DNA of 63,688 nucleotides, counting the filler, from Eremomyces bilateralis CBS 781.70 (taxonomy: Eukaryota): the NCBI GenBank assembly GCA_010015585.1. It is 5 parts of 5 records of this genome, joined end to end, with 100 filler letters (N's around TTAATTAATTAA, not from the genome) between each part and the next. Parts side by side here need not be neighbours in the genome. Positions count along the whole stretch, not along the records: positions 1 to 20,994 come from ML975204.1; 4 more parts are not named here. One strand, written 5' to 3'. Positions 1-11,107 of the stretch are shown one piece after another. Each line of letters starts with the position of its first letter. Positions within the stretch are counted from its first letter, which is position 1. Both the position numbers and the translations under genes were made by a program. The notes under the pieces are model-generated. The model was not told the DNA's origin. It saw only the letters and a program-made list of their open reading frames with translations, and made no database searches.

Positions 1-1770
1 TAATCTAAACACGTTTTAAACACGTTTTAAACACGATATACTCACATTGTTTTTCAATGTCGATGCCATGGTTGTTGATCAATCTAGTGAAAAGGTGGGA
101 AGAGTAAATTTGAAGTCGGTGGAACTATTTGTGGGTGTGCCGAGGTTTACCCGACTCATCCGAAGTTTTCCCTACCTCAGGTGAGCTGCATCCTGCGCCT
201 AAACCCTGGGAACATGTTAGGAACATATTTAAAGAGCGTTTAAAATAGCTACCTTTGAGTTGTTTCCAGCACATATTAACAGTCACTGTTTCAAATCCTT
301 CTCCATCAAGATGGAACCATTTAATAGGTCTTTGGAGGATTTGAGATATTAGATTAAACACCCTTATAAAGCAAAGGGTATAGGTCTAAGGATTACTTGT
401 ATTGACAAGTACTCGAGCGAGTGTAAAAACTATATAAATAGGTTAGAAACAAGGTAGGAATATAATAGAGTAACTACTACCTTTTCCGTGATCTTTCAGC
501 CATGCTGCAAAGATAATTTCGTTTAGGTCTTTCTGTCGAATACGCTTGAACGACATGTTAATCTCAAAATGAGTTTGTTTAAGAAAAACCTCGGCCTGTT
601 GGTTAAGAAAGCAGATCGCTATTATACTATCGCGATTATTATAGATTTTTTGAATATATGCCTGAACATGTTAGGAATATGTTTCTAAAGGGTTTATAAA
701 GGGTTTATACTGTCGTTGGATCTTGGTGACTTTGTCTTTGCTCAAAAAGTAGACCGGCAAAATGTTTGCCCTCTAGATAAGACAACAGCTTCTCCTTCTG
801 GATAAGAACTGATATTCTATCCATAGTAGCAAAGCTATTATGAATTTATACCAGAGATTTTGAGTCATATTTCCGACAGAACTCTTTTAGAGAATCACTT
901 CGAAGGAATTTCGCTAGAACATGTTTAGGAGATATTCAGAAAACGTTTAGAAACGAATTTACCAAGTGTTAAGTCTGGATCCCGAATCCGTCGAATCAGA
1001 TGCGTAATCTCTTCTAGTATCCGCTTTGGAGCCTTATTTGGAGGAGGCGGGACATGAGTATGTACACCATGAGACGTAAATAGAACGTATGGTGTTGTAG
1101 AAAGGTCATCGGGGATAAAGATGTGAAAGGTAACACCACAGGAAGCAGATACTAACTTTCCGGGACCCTGTGGATGATCAATACCTTAGGAAGATAATTA
1201 GAAATCGTTTATATTATGTTCCAAGCGTCTTACATACCACATGTTGGTCTTCGAGTCGACTGCTGCTTAACTACTCCGCACTCCTCTTACTCTACTAGTA
1301 TACTATTCTCGATAAGGCTTCGAAGATGACCAGTATCGAATTCTCCGTTTGGCGGTAAATACTTCATAAAGTGTCTACTTATTGTCTGAATGGTGGAGTT
1401 ACTGCAACTTAGATAAGGATGGCAGATACCAGCCATGTCCTATAGATTTTAGAACTCTTTAGAACGTGTTTAAAATATATTCAAAATATATTTACATACC
1501 GGTGTCACCAATTGACGAAAAACTAGGCTGCACGTATCGTTCTGTTCCTCACACGCAATACCAGTACGGAAACGATGTTGCGCCCCGATAAGAAGACTAT
1601 CTCTAACTATCAGTTTAGTACTAGTTATATTCGGAATATGTTTCAAGCCTATTTGAATTTCGTTTCCTTTTATCAGGTTCTGTTCGATTAATCTAATTTC
1701 TTTTTTGTTAAATTAAGGTCCAGTCATTTTCGGAAAGTGAAATATGCGAATATGATTTAAAGAAATTATA

Positions 1771-3582
1771 AGTTCAACCCCCTGTCAAGTAGCCAACCAC
1801 TCGAGTAGCCAGTATCACTACCTCTATCACCATCTCTCTAACCGCGATATCTCCACCACCGTACAATATCATGATACCAAACTCGGAAGACCCGGTCCAA
1901 CAGGCTATTGATGCCTTACAGACCGGTCAATGCAAATCACAAAACGAAGCTGCGGCGCTATTCAAGGTCAACCGACGCACCCTTCAAACCCGCCTAAAAG
2001 GCCGCCTACCACGCGTAGTAGCTCAACAATCTCGCCAACGCCTTACACCGGACCAAGAATCCTTTTTAGTCGACTGGATACTTGAAAATGACGCTCAAGG
2101 ATTCCCCCCTACTCACGCACGGCTTCGCGAAATGGCATCTCGAGTTCTACGCCTCCAAGGAGACTCAACGCCCCTCGGGAAGAACTGGGTAACGCGTTTC
2201 CTACACCGTAATCCACGCGTTGCGACCTGTATCGGGCGTAGTCTTGATGTTGCCCGACGTCAGGCTGCAACTAAGGATACAATCGACGCGTTCTACACGT
2301 ATTTTCACCAAGTTCAAACTCAGTACGATGTCCACCCCTCTGATACCTGGAATATGGATGAGGTTGGTATAGGACTAGGGATTTGCGCTAATTCTACGGT
2401 TATCGCAGACTCGCAGAAGTCAACGGCCTATATCACTAGTCCTATGGGCCGCGAATGGATTAGTATCGTTGAAACTGTCTCCGCGACCGGCCAGTACATC
2501 AGACCAGCGATTATACAGAAAGGCGCCACGTTACAGTCTTCTTGGTTCCCTGAACAACCTCCAGACTTCCATTATACGGTATCAGAGAACGGCTGGACTT
2601 CAAATCAACACGCGTTGGTTTGGCTCCGTACGGTTTTCCTGCCTGAAACCGCTACACAGCGGCAGTACCGGATTCTGCTAATGGACGGGCACGGGAGCCA
2701 CGCAACCATCGATTCCTTGTACGAATGCAAGATAAACAACGTAATCGTGGTCTTCCTACCTGCACATACCTCCCATATCCTTCAACCTCTGGATCTCGCC
2801 TGTTTTTCGCCTCTAAAACGCTTTTATAAGACCCTCCTCCGCCAAAGCGCGTATATCGACGAGGCCCTACCGATTAAACGACGGAGATTCATTGTCCTCT
2901 ATGCAGAGGCACGTCAGGCACGCCTAACCGACCGTACAATCAGATCTGGGTGGAAGGCTGCAGGACTTGTGCCGTTTGACCGGTCAAAGGGCCTCAGTAA
3001 CCGCTTCGTTGTACCGTCACCGCCTACCGTAACCGCACCACCAATTCCACCACCAAACACGCCTCCACGCACCCCCATACCAGTCCCCTCCGTTCTCCAG
3101 ACGACGCCCTACAAGCCAAAACAGGTACAGAGTGCATTACGCGTTCTTAGCAAGAATACACGCGTGGCAAAGACGACGAAGTCGTATATAGAGAAGGCAG
3201 CCAAGGCGATCGGAGTGCAACAGGCGCGTCAGGCCTCATCAGATCTGAAAATCGCGGGCTTACAGGCACGCTTTGATGCTGCTACAGCACCAAAACGTAA
3301 AAAGAAAGTTCAGATAGATCTTAATCAGAGGTTTGCGCAAGTTCGGGAGATCAAATTGGCACAAGAAGCTGTACGAGCGGTAGAGGAAGATTACCAACGA
3401 AGACATCCAATTTCGGAGGCCAAATCTACATCAGAGTCTCTCCAAGCTGTATCTTTTGAATCATGCTGTATAGATTTCCAAATATAATATGTTTTAGTAG
3501 AGATATTGCTGTCTGACCGATGGAGGTTGAGATGGTGATACTGGCTACTCGAGTGGTTGGCTACTTGACAGGGGGTTGAACT
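1771..3582 (+). mobile_element. Complete pogo/Fot1-type (Tc1/mariner superfamily) DNA transposon
   Basis: 48-bp perfect TIRs AGTTCAACCCCCTGTCAAGTAGCCAACCACTCGAGTAGCCAGTATCAC at 1771-1818 and 3535-3582. TA flanks both ends (1769-70, 3583-84). Confidence 0.96.
1871..3487 (+). CDS. Fot1/pogo-like DDE_1 transposase, 538 aa
   Basis: HTH-psq and CENP-B-type HTH N-terminus. Motifs WNMDEVG, LLMDGHGSH and HILQPLDLACF. Uninterrupted ORF. Confidence 0.95.
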   Translation: MIPNSEDPVQQAIDALQTGQCKSQNEAAALFKVNRRTLQTRLKGRLPRVVAQQSRQRLTPDQESFLVDWILENDAQGFPPTHARLREMASRVLRLQGDSTPLGKNWVTRFLHRNPRVATCIGRSLDVARRQAATKDTIDAFYTYFHQVQTQYDVHPSDTWNMDEVGIGLGICANSTVIADSQKSTAYITSPMGREWISIVETVSATGQYIRPAIIQKGATLQSSWFPEQPPDFHYTVSENGWTSNQHALVWLRTVFLPETATQRQYRILLMDGHGSHATIDSLYECKINNVIVVFLPAHTSHILQPLDLACFSPLKRFYKTLLRQSAYIDEALPIKRRRFIVLYAEARQARLTDRTIRSGWKAAGLVPFDRSKGLSNRFVVPSPPTVTAPPIPPPNTPPRTPIPVPSVLQTTPYKPKQVQSALRVLSKNTRVAKTTKSYIEKAAKAIGVQQARQASSDLKIAGLQARFDAATAPKRKKKVQIDLNQRFAQVREIKLAQEAVRAVEEDYQRRHPISEAKSTSESLQAVSFESCCIDFQI

Positions 3583-4530
3583 TAAACAAATTCATAGTGC
3601 TTTACTGCTGTGCAGCCAAGTTTGATCTTTTTCCCGCGTATATTTCCTAGATAGGTACATATCATGGACTTTGGGGGATGTATTTTTTTGAAGGAATATT
3701 GGATCTAGATAGATTAGAAGTATATTTAAAGCGTTTAAAATAGGATAGGAATATCTTACATCAATGTTAGTTGGATTTTTTTGACCTTCAACATTGATGC
3801 AATATGTGTACCCATGTGGATCCGTTTTAGGGTAGTCTGGTAGGACAGCACAATGCTCTAGATAGAGCGTCGATAGAGGGTAATATACTGCTTTAGATAG
3901 AATAGTGATCTGATCGAGTGATACCTACGATCGATATAGTTGATTAGCTTCAGAACATGTTCTAAATATATTACGCAGGAAGATACTTACTTCACCATCC
4001 TCAATTGCAATATGTGATTCTTTATAGAAATCATCATCAAACATAAGCTGGAGATCTTCTTGGTCGACTTCATTACTCTCATCATCAGAATTCTCTTCAG
4101 ATAGAAGGATTGGAGATTGAGCTACAGCATGGTTATTAATATACATATTTCAAACATGTTTGAAACATCTTACGCATTTTCCATATAGTTAGAGGGAGTG
4201 TGGGGTTGAATTGAGATGTGTGTATCCAGAAAGGTGAGCCGACCAACGTCGATCATAGATATAGGTCAACTGACCTCACGTGATTAACCTAACCCGATTA
4301 GGATGGTAAGCCGAACCTTTTTCAGGGTCAGCCGAGCTGTCACCACGTTGTTCCAGCAGCGAAGTTGTTGTATTGTTGTGAGATCTAGGTATCTGAAAGT
4401 TGCGTTCAAGTTGCGTGTTCTTATGTCAATGCCTGGTCCCCTGGCCCTCAAGATATATGAGATTCGTGGCAAGTTTATTAATGCAGTTTGTAGCCTCGAG
4501 CTCCCTTAGATGAAACCTTGGTCTGCGACA

Positions 4531-4603
4531 CTTCTCCTTCTCTCTTTAGCAATTCAACAGCGTTACCAGCTTACCAAATCCTTCGTGGTTTGGGCCCATG
4601 ACA
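4531..4603 (+). repeat. Partial solo LTR, family A (3' part)
   Basis: Matches the last ~73 bp of the 188-bp repeat at 30546-30733 and ends ...GGGCCCATGACA. Confidence 0.85.
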
Positions 4604-4899
4604 ACACCATCTGTAATAGCTTATACGCTGGGGGATCTATATCGAGTCAGACAGCATTGTCTAAGCTCCGAATTCTCGCTCTCTGGATTGACCGGAGCCC
4701 ACTGTCGGAACTCCGCGGCTATTACTTAGTCACCGCACCTTGTAGATTACATAAGATTACATAAGCCTTGGTATATATACCCGTCAAGGTAAACTGTACT
4801 TCTGACCGAATACAAGCATCTCACTGCCTCTGAACAGGTATCCTATTGTTTCCGTGATTGATTGACACGCCAAAACGATTAACACCCACGGAGACGGCA

Positions 4900-6081
4900 G
4901 AAATGGAAAGAAGTCTGTTAATTCATGAATCTCTCGGAAAAATTCATTGAATATGATGTAGAGACTCGTTGGAACTCTACCTATCGAATGTTAGACGACG
5001 GGTTAAAAGCAAAGGCTCAGATTAATCGATACCTAGCCCTACAGACGGAGATACCTTCCTTTACCGCCGAGGAATGGCAGCACCTGTCTCAGATTCATCA
5101 AGTACTGAGCAAATTCAACGAGCTCACCCTGTTCGTATCAGAGCGAAAGCCACAGATCAGCCTTACTGTCCCACTCTATTATAAGCTACATGATTTACTC
5201 AATAAGGGGTCTGAAGCTCAGGGAGTCTTTTCGGGATTAGATCGTGATATTGCCCGAGCAATTAAGGAAGGAATGAAGAAATACGAGAAATACTACACCT
5301 TTATAGATGAATTAGATACCTACTATACTACTCTAATTCTAGATCCTCGGGTGAAAGGAGACCTAATCCTCAATGAATTAGAGGATAAAGAGGCTAGGAA
5401 TCTAATATTAAGAGCTGTCCGTAACAGTCTTCATCAGAAATATCCACTTCGGAACCGCGAGTCGCCTAGAACGGTATTACAGCAGTCGGCATCAGAAACC
5501 AAGATAGTAGAATCCCGAATGCTCCAACGGCTACAGCCTTAAGCGGTGCCCCTTCTGTCCGATATTGATTGGTACTTTAATAGTCCTCGAGTTAGCAATA
5601 TTGATACTACAGATCTGAATTGGCTTTGTAACTGGTGGCGAGTACACAAGGATGAACTGCCTTAAATGGCAGCAGCAGCAAGAGAGTATCTACCAATTCC
5701 ATCGTCAGAGGTGTCAGTGGAACGATTATTCAATGCGGCAAGAGATATATTAGGTATCCGGAGATATTCGATAAAGGGTGAAACAATGCGGATGTTGATG
5801 TTGATAAATGATCCCTATCCAAAGCCCTAGAATTCCAGCAGCCAAGTTATCTAAAAATCTTTATAGAAATCAGATTAAAGCTAGTCCTAATGAAGTAGTT
5901 TACCGATTCACCGATTTCGCCGATATTGACCAAAATTTAACGGATAAAATATCGGTAGAATAGAAAGCTGCCGATATAAATCGGCGAATCGTATCCGCAA
6001 ACCTGAAAGGTTGACGATATCGTATCCGTGCCGATATCGTATCCGCAAAATCGGGAAATCTGCCAATCGGGAACAGCCCTA
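4900..6081 (+). mobile_element. Degraded hAT transposon, 3' half with right terminus
   Basis: ORF 4925-5542 has DVETRWNSTY and LDPRVK. Past stop codons it continues into the hAT dimerisation domain (WW...AREYLPIPSSEVSVERLFN, to ~5830). CCGATAT/CGTATCCG subterminal repeats lie at 5900-6070, and the terminus ...GGGAACAGCCCTA ends at 6081. Confidence 0.85.
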
Positions 6082-6276
6082 ACTATAGTTATACACTTGC
6101 TACGCCCTAACTAACTCCACAATTTCTTTGCCCCATATAGAATTTAAATATGAGACCAAGGGGAGCAGCTCATTTCCAAACGTCTTGTTTCATCACCCAC
6201 TCAACGGCGAATCCTATGGAACTGTATTATAACCATGACCTTTGTCTCAAACCGTAACGAACTACGACAACCAATT

Positions 6277-7819
6277 TCAAGTCCTATCAACGTCATGCGT
6301 CTCCCTCGGGAAACGACAACGCGTCCCAATACACGCTTTATCAGGACATTCGTGTCCAAGAATGCATTTTGCATCTCTGCACTGGAGCCCAGACCGACAT
6401 GGCGACTGGCGTGCGATCAATCGCCGAGCTTCAAGTCCTTTCTCATCAAGCCTACTTCCATGCACGTAGGTCTTCGTGCACTTAGGATAAGGGCACTCTC
6501 CTAGAATGTGGTACGCGTTACAGAGTTTCTTGTTTCTCTGGGCCTGCACGAGTGATTGAGGTGGGTTGAGGATCTCATCAAGGCGCTGGCCCTTGCTATT
6601 TTGTAGGATGGGGTAGTCCATACGAGCGGGTACAATTATAGTCGTTGAGGAGTGCCGACTTTTGTCTATTGTGACCGCAGTAGCATCGACAGGGCTTGCA
6701 ATTGTGGTAGCGTAGCTAGGTGCCCTTGAGATTGGAGTAGGAGAGGGTGTCGTAGAGAAAGACACTCGCCGGGACGGTAGCTTCGTCCCTCTGAAGACAT
6801 CAGGGAAATGCACAATGAGGAATTTGTCTTTTAGTACTGCCAGCTCCTTGGCAAATGGGGGTCCTTCTACTAGAACGATTCGTTTGCTCTTCGAGTTGCC
6901 TCCAATGTAAGGCTGGAGAAGTCGCGCGTAGCCGTCATCGGCGGATCCGCCGAATATGACCGCCTGGCACTGAACATCGGCCATATCGTGCTCGAACCAT
7001 GCTAAGATGAACGTTAAATGTTGTCTTTCTCCTATGCCACAAGTTTTGATGTTACCTTTCAGCTTGGAATCCGCGCATTCCTTCCCATCGCCAGCATCTA
7101 CGAAATCACACATAGGATGTCCCATGTTGAAACCACGAACGAACATCTGAAGACCATCTGCACTACCCAGAATCTTGTTGTAACAGTATGCGGATGCCAA
7201 ACCCTTTGTGTTTGCATATACACGGACTCGGATTTGGATGTTGCTTGGCAAGTCAAGCTCGGTTGAAGCATACTCGCACACTTTGTTCCTCAGATGGCAC
7301 GCTGCCTCCTTCCCTCCTTGTTGGGCAGATTCGACAAAGTGATCGACGAACTGTGAAGATATTGCAATAAGCAATTATACTCGAAACTGTGCCGATATGA
7401 TGGGTCAAGATATAATGAGTGCTTACTTACCGGCACGCAATCGCCATCGATCAAAACTGAAACGAAGCCGTTAGAACCCTTTGTACTCAGTCAATAAACA
7501 GGTCTTATATTGTCATGTTCTGAGAAACGTACGATCTCCTCTTCCGTCTTCTTCAGCTTAACCTGAACATCATAATGCTTCGTTTGGTATAATTTAGTGG
7601 TCTCCTGTTCACGTTCAAGATGCCACTCTTTCTCTGTAAAACTATGCTGTATCTTCTCAACGCGACTGATCAGGTCCTGTAAATAAAGTGGCCTATTAGT
7701 AACAGTCTGCGAAACAGGGAACAGGCGTGTAAGCAATTAACCTCTATGAGTTGGTCCTTTCCTCCCTCAACTTCTTTCAACCTGTTGAACTGCTCCCGAA
7801 ACGATTCAACAGAAACCAT
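6277..7819 (-). CDS. Multi-exon CCCH zinc-finger protein with coiled-coil N-terminus and NYN/PIN-like (DUF7923-type) domain
   Basis: ATG at 7819 (MVSVESFREQFNRLKE). Exons encode a coiled coil, the FVSVLIDGD motif, FVRGFN..P.CDFVDAGDGKECADSKL and tandem C-terminal CCCH fingers. Stop at 6277. Confidence 0.8.
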
Positions 7820-8295
7820 GGCTGCTAACGTCCACCTGAAATGTTATCACGGATACCTCTTATAGTACAATCAGAGATATGGAGATAAGTGAGGAAGATC
7901 GTGACTCGACGTTTAGATAATTTCTCCTTCGCTTGTAATCATGCGCCGTTGGACAGCTATGCGGCGTTTAAGTGGCTAGAGATCTCTGTTCCAGCAACTT
8001 TGTGACACAGCCAATGCAACCAACAATTTTCGCCCTGTTTGGTCTACGGCCACTGCGGCCTAACGAAACCGTCTACCCACCCTATAGGAAAATTCTGTGA
8101 GAGTGCGATGTATGCGAGCCCGGTGACTCACCAAAAAGTAGGTTACACAGCAAGCGTTTCGTCAAATGGCAGAGGGACACATCGCACTCGCCCAGTGGAA
8201 TGCATTGTTATGGTCCCAGGCCTGCGGCCTGTTCCCTTGGTTGTGGCTGAAGACGTGGCTGGTGGATTATATCAGAGAAGCAAACAAACATGGTA

Positions 8296-9600
8296 CACTA
8301 AGTAGACAAATGTCTGCACACACCCCCGAAAATCACCAAATCTAATCGCTATACACCGTATCTTGAGATACGCTGCAAAACACATACAAATGCAAATTCA
8401 GTCTACTTTTTTGATTTCTTAATTGGGAAATATCTAATATTTCGTATGCCACCCTTTTGCCTTGATTACCGCCCGTAGACGTCGCGGAATTGAGTCGATC
8501 AGCTCTCGGATCGTCTCCTGAGGGATCGCCCACCACGCCTCCTTTAACGCCGCATTCATGGCCTCCCGTGCCTCCTCCGAGGCGCCCATCGTCTTCAATT
8601 CAGGGTGCAGCTCTAGGACCTTTGATTTCAACAGATGCCATATGTGCTCGATGGGGTTGATGTCTGGGGAATTGGCCGGCCAATCGATGACCCAAATGCC
8701 GTGCGTCTCCAGCCATTCTTGGGTGATTTTAGCCGTATGGATCCTTGCGTTATCCTGGATAACAACATCCCCGGGTTCGTACGTAGGGAGAAGTCCCTCC
8801 TCTAACGTAGCGATGTAGGATTTCGCGGAATAGCCCTGTCTTGCGGAGGTTTCGTCGCCGTCCATGATCACCAGGCCTAACCTCCCATCACGCGAGATTG
8901 AGCCCCATATCATCTGTGAAATGGCCTTGCCAGAGGTCTTAGGCTCTACCATTTGCGGATCATATGCCTCGTGGTACAGTCGCCATACCCATACCTGCTT
9001 ACCGCCCGCCCCCTTCTCATACGAGCACTCGTCCGTGGAGTGGGTCCGGGAGAAGTCGAATTCAAGGAATTCGTGGGCAAATCGGAGGCGGTCTTTTGCG
9101 TGGTAGGGCTTCAGGTAAGGCCTCTTCTTCGCTCGCCATTTCGTAAGGTGATATTTCTTAAGGGTTCGGTAGATAGTCTTCCTAGAAATGCGGAGGTACG
9201 AAATACCTGCGAGGAGCTCTCCATACTCCATTTTAGGAAATCGACGCGCGATTTGAACGATATGCCGTTCGTCAGGGCGTGATAGCTTATGGGGACACCC
9301 TTCACGGGGTAAAGATACGGTGGTTTGATGTTCTTCCCACCTCTCTAGAGTCCCATACACCGCGCTTCTAGAGACGCGAAAGTTCCGCGCGATTTCAGTC
9401 TTTGGTTTCCCATCTTCAGCAGCCTGAACAATCCCAACTCTTTGAGCGGCCGATAACTCCTTATTACGCCCTCGATTACCACTTATTTTTGTGCCAAAAG
9501 ACCTCATTTTGGTAAAGTTATTGATTGTCAAAGTAAGGGGTGGGTGTAGAGATATTCAGCTGAGAATGGGGTCTGTGCGCAGACTTTTGGCTTAGTACTT
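8296..9600 (-). mobile_element. Tc1/impala-like DNA transposon (~1.3 kb)
   Basis: TA is duplicated at 8294-95 and 9601-02 relative to the LTR-B sequence. Imperfect ~30-bp TIRs (core AGACAAATGTCTGCACACACCCC / GGGGTCTGTGCGCAGACTTTTGG). Confidence 0.9.
8434..9507 (-). CDS. Tc1-family DD34E transposase
   Basis: Paired-like HTH and motifs STDEC, QDNARIH and SPDINPIE, with 34 residues between the second D and E. C-terminus KAKGWHTKY. First ATG at 9507. Confidence 0.93.
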   Translation of the reverse strand: MRSFGTKISGNRGRNKELSAAQRVGIVQAAEDGKPKTEIARNFRVSRSAVYGTLERWEEHQTTVSLPREGCPHKLSRPDERHIVQIARRFPKMEYGELLAGISYLRISRKTIYRTLKKYHLTKWRAKKRPYLKPYHAKDRLRFAHEFLEFDFSRTHSTDECSYEKGAGGKQVWVWRLYHEAYDPQMVEPKTSGKAISQMIWGSISRDGRLGLVIMDGDETSARQGYSAKSYIATLEEGLLPTYEPGDVVIQDNARIHTAKITQEWLETHGIWVIDWPANSPDINPIEHIWHLLKSKVLELHPELKTMGASEEAREAMNAALKEAWWAIPQETIRELIDSIPRRLRAVIKAKGWHTKY

Positions 9601-9931
9601 TAACACAGCATTAGGGCATTGGAGAGGAGAGTCGCTATCTCGCGCACAAAGGTGCCGGGAGATTTCTTCTCTGTCGACTGTCTCTCTCTTCAGTTTAGAT
9701 TAATGGAACTTCGTAATCGCAGACCTTGCGCATCCAGACCGTGTCATGCATATCCAGGACGCAGGGTGATCTTGTCGCATTACGCGTGGGTGATGCTTAA
9801 GCAGATGGGAGAGAGAGTGTGTTGATAGCTTAGCGTGTCTATCCACACGGAAGCAATAGGTTACGTGACGAAGAATGTAAAGTGCTTGTATTTCTGTAAG
9901 AAGTAGAGTACCGAACGAGGTAGATATACCT

Positions 9932-10007
9932 ATGACTAAGTAATAGCCGAAGAGGGGAAACGAATGACTAAGTAATAGCCGAAGCGGGGAAACAGATGAC
10001 TAAGTAA
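9932..10007. repeat. Short direct repeat ATGACTAAGTAATAGCCGAAG (two full copies, one partial, 32-bp period)
   Basis: Read directly from the sequence. Confidence 0.8.
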
Positions 10008-11107
10008 TGACATCAGATCTTGACATTTCTTTTCCCAGAACCTTTTAAACCCTGTTCTGGGTCCCAAAACTGAGGATATTTCTTTGATAATATTTGGGAC
10101 AAAGTCTATACCTAAATAAATTGATCGAAGCGTTGCTGGATATCCCGAACCAGAGTCGAAACCATCGTTGAAAAATTCGACTTGGATCAAGCCATATCGA
10201 TCTTGGCAGGATATTTCCCGCCAAGATCGAAATCATGTCTTGGCATAAGCCCTCATGCCAAGGTATGGAAGGCAAACCAATGGTAGGTGGTTGATTTGAG
10301 ACCAGGGGGTTCCCTAGAAGGATAAACTGACCCTTTTGATTCCGTCCTTTTCAATATCCAGGGAGGAGAAGGTTTTTTGTGCCTGCCATCCTGTCTTCAT
10401 CCCGCCTTTCATGCTATATACCCGTGACAGCCATCAGTTCCTGGCAGTTCCCGGATGGTCCCGCTAAACGACTGTTCTGCGAAGTTGGTAGCTAATTCCT
10501 ACCTTCAGCCTTGCTTAACATCGATCTATGATAATTTCCTTTAAGAACGGATATTGGCTCCAGTCGGGGATCCAACAACTACTCTGTATTCGGGAGGAGG
10601 ACTGGAGGACATGAGCGATTCGGGAGAGCCCTCTCTCTTCTATGAGCCCTCTCTAATAGGCGTATCCACGACTCTCTGGTTCAAGTATGTGGGAAGGGAG
10701 AGATACATTTCACTAAATCTGCATATGTATGGCACGCAAATGCATGAATTCAGAACCAGTGCACAGAGATCCACTGCTTAACTGAATCCGCCTTGGGCCA
10801 TCCCAGCATTTCCAATCACCGGTCAGTCCACTATGGCCTTTTTAAGGGGATATGGCGGCAGAAGGAGAGTCGAAGAGCTTGGGTACACTTCCGCGATGAA
10901 GCTTCAATGGCTAGTTGAGGCACCATACATGAACCTCCCCGCACCTCCATTATCAAAACATCGCTGACCGGTGCGAGGCTCTGCATACTCATAGTTATAG
11001 TCATTATCTCCGTCACACCATATATAGATTCTATGATACCACGTTCCTATTCTTCCGCCATTCTCTATTTTCGCTTCCGGTTTCGTCTTCGGTCATCGTA
11101 ATCGCAC

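Larger units (their letters stand above)
1..4146 (-). pseudogene. Degraded multi-exon transposase-like gene (putative DDE/MULE-like fungal family), split by the pogo insertion at 1771-3582
   Basis: Minus-strand exon fragments read HPQGPGKLVSASCGVTFHIFIPDDLSTTPYVLFTSHGVHTHVPPPP (~1040-1180), CFLNQQAEVFLKQTHFEINMSFKRIRQKDLNEIIFAAWL (~495-620) and IKWFHLDGEGFETVTVNMCWKQLKG (~255-330). They are separated by short AT-rich introns with GT donors. Stops, frameshifts and TpA richness are present. The family assignment is from recalled similarity, not a search. Confidence 0.5.
8206..9746 (+). repeat. Solo LTR family B (TGTTATGG...CGTGTCA), interrupted by a Tc1 element
   Basis: 5-bp TSD TGCAT at 8201-8205 and 9747-9751. 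The two halves rejoin to the family-B sequence at the duplicated TA. Confidence 0.9.

Noticed and set aside
9936..11016. Short ORFs in the 9.9-11.0 kb interval
   Set aside because: No motifs and no coherent exon chain could be built.
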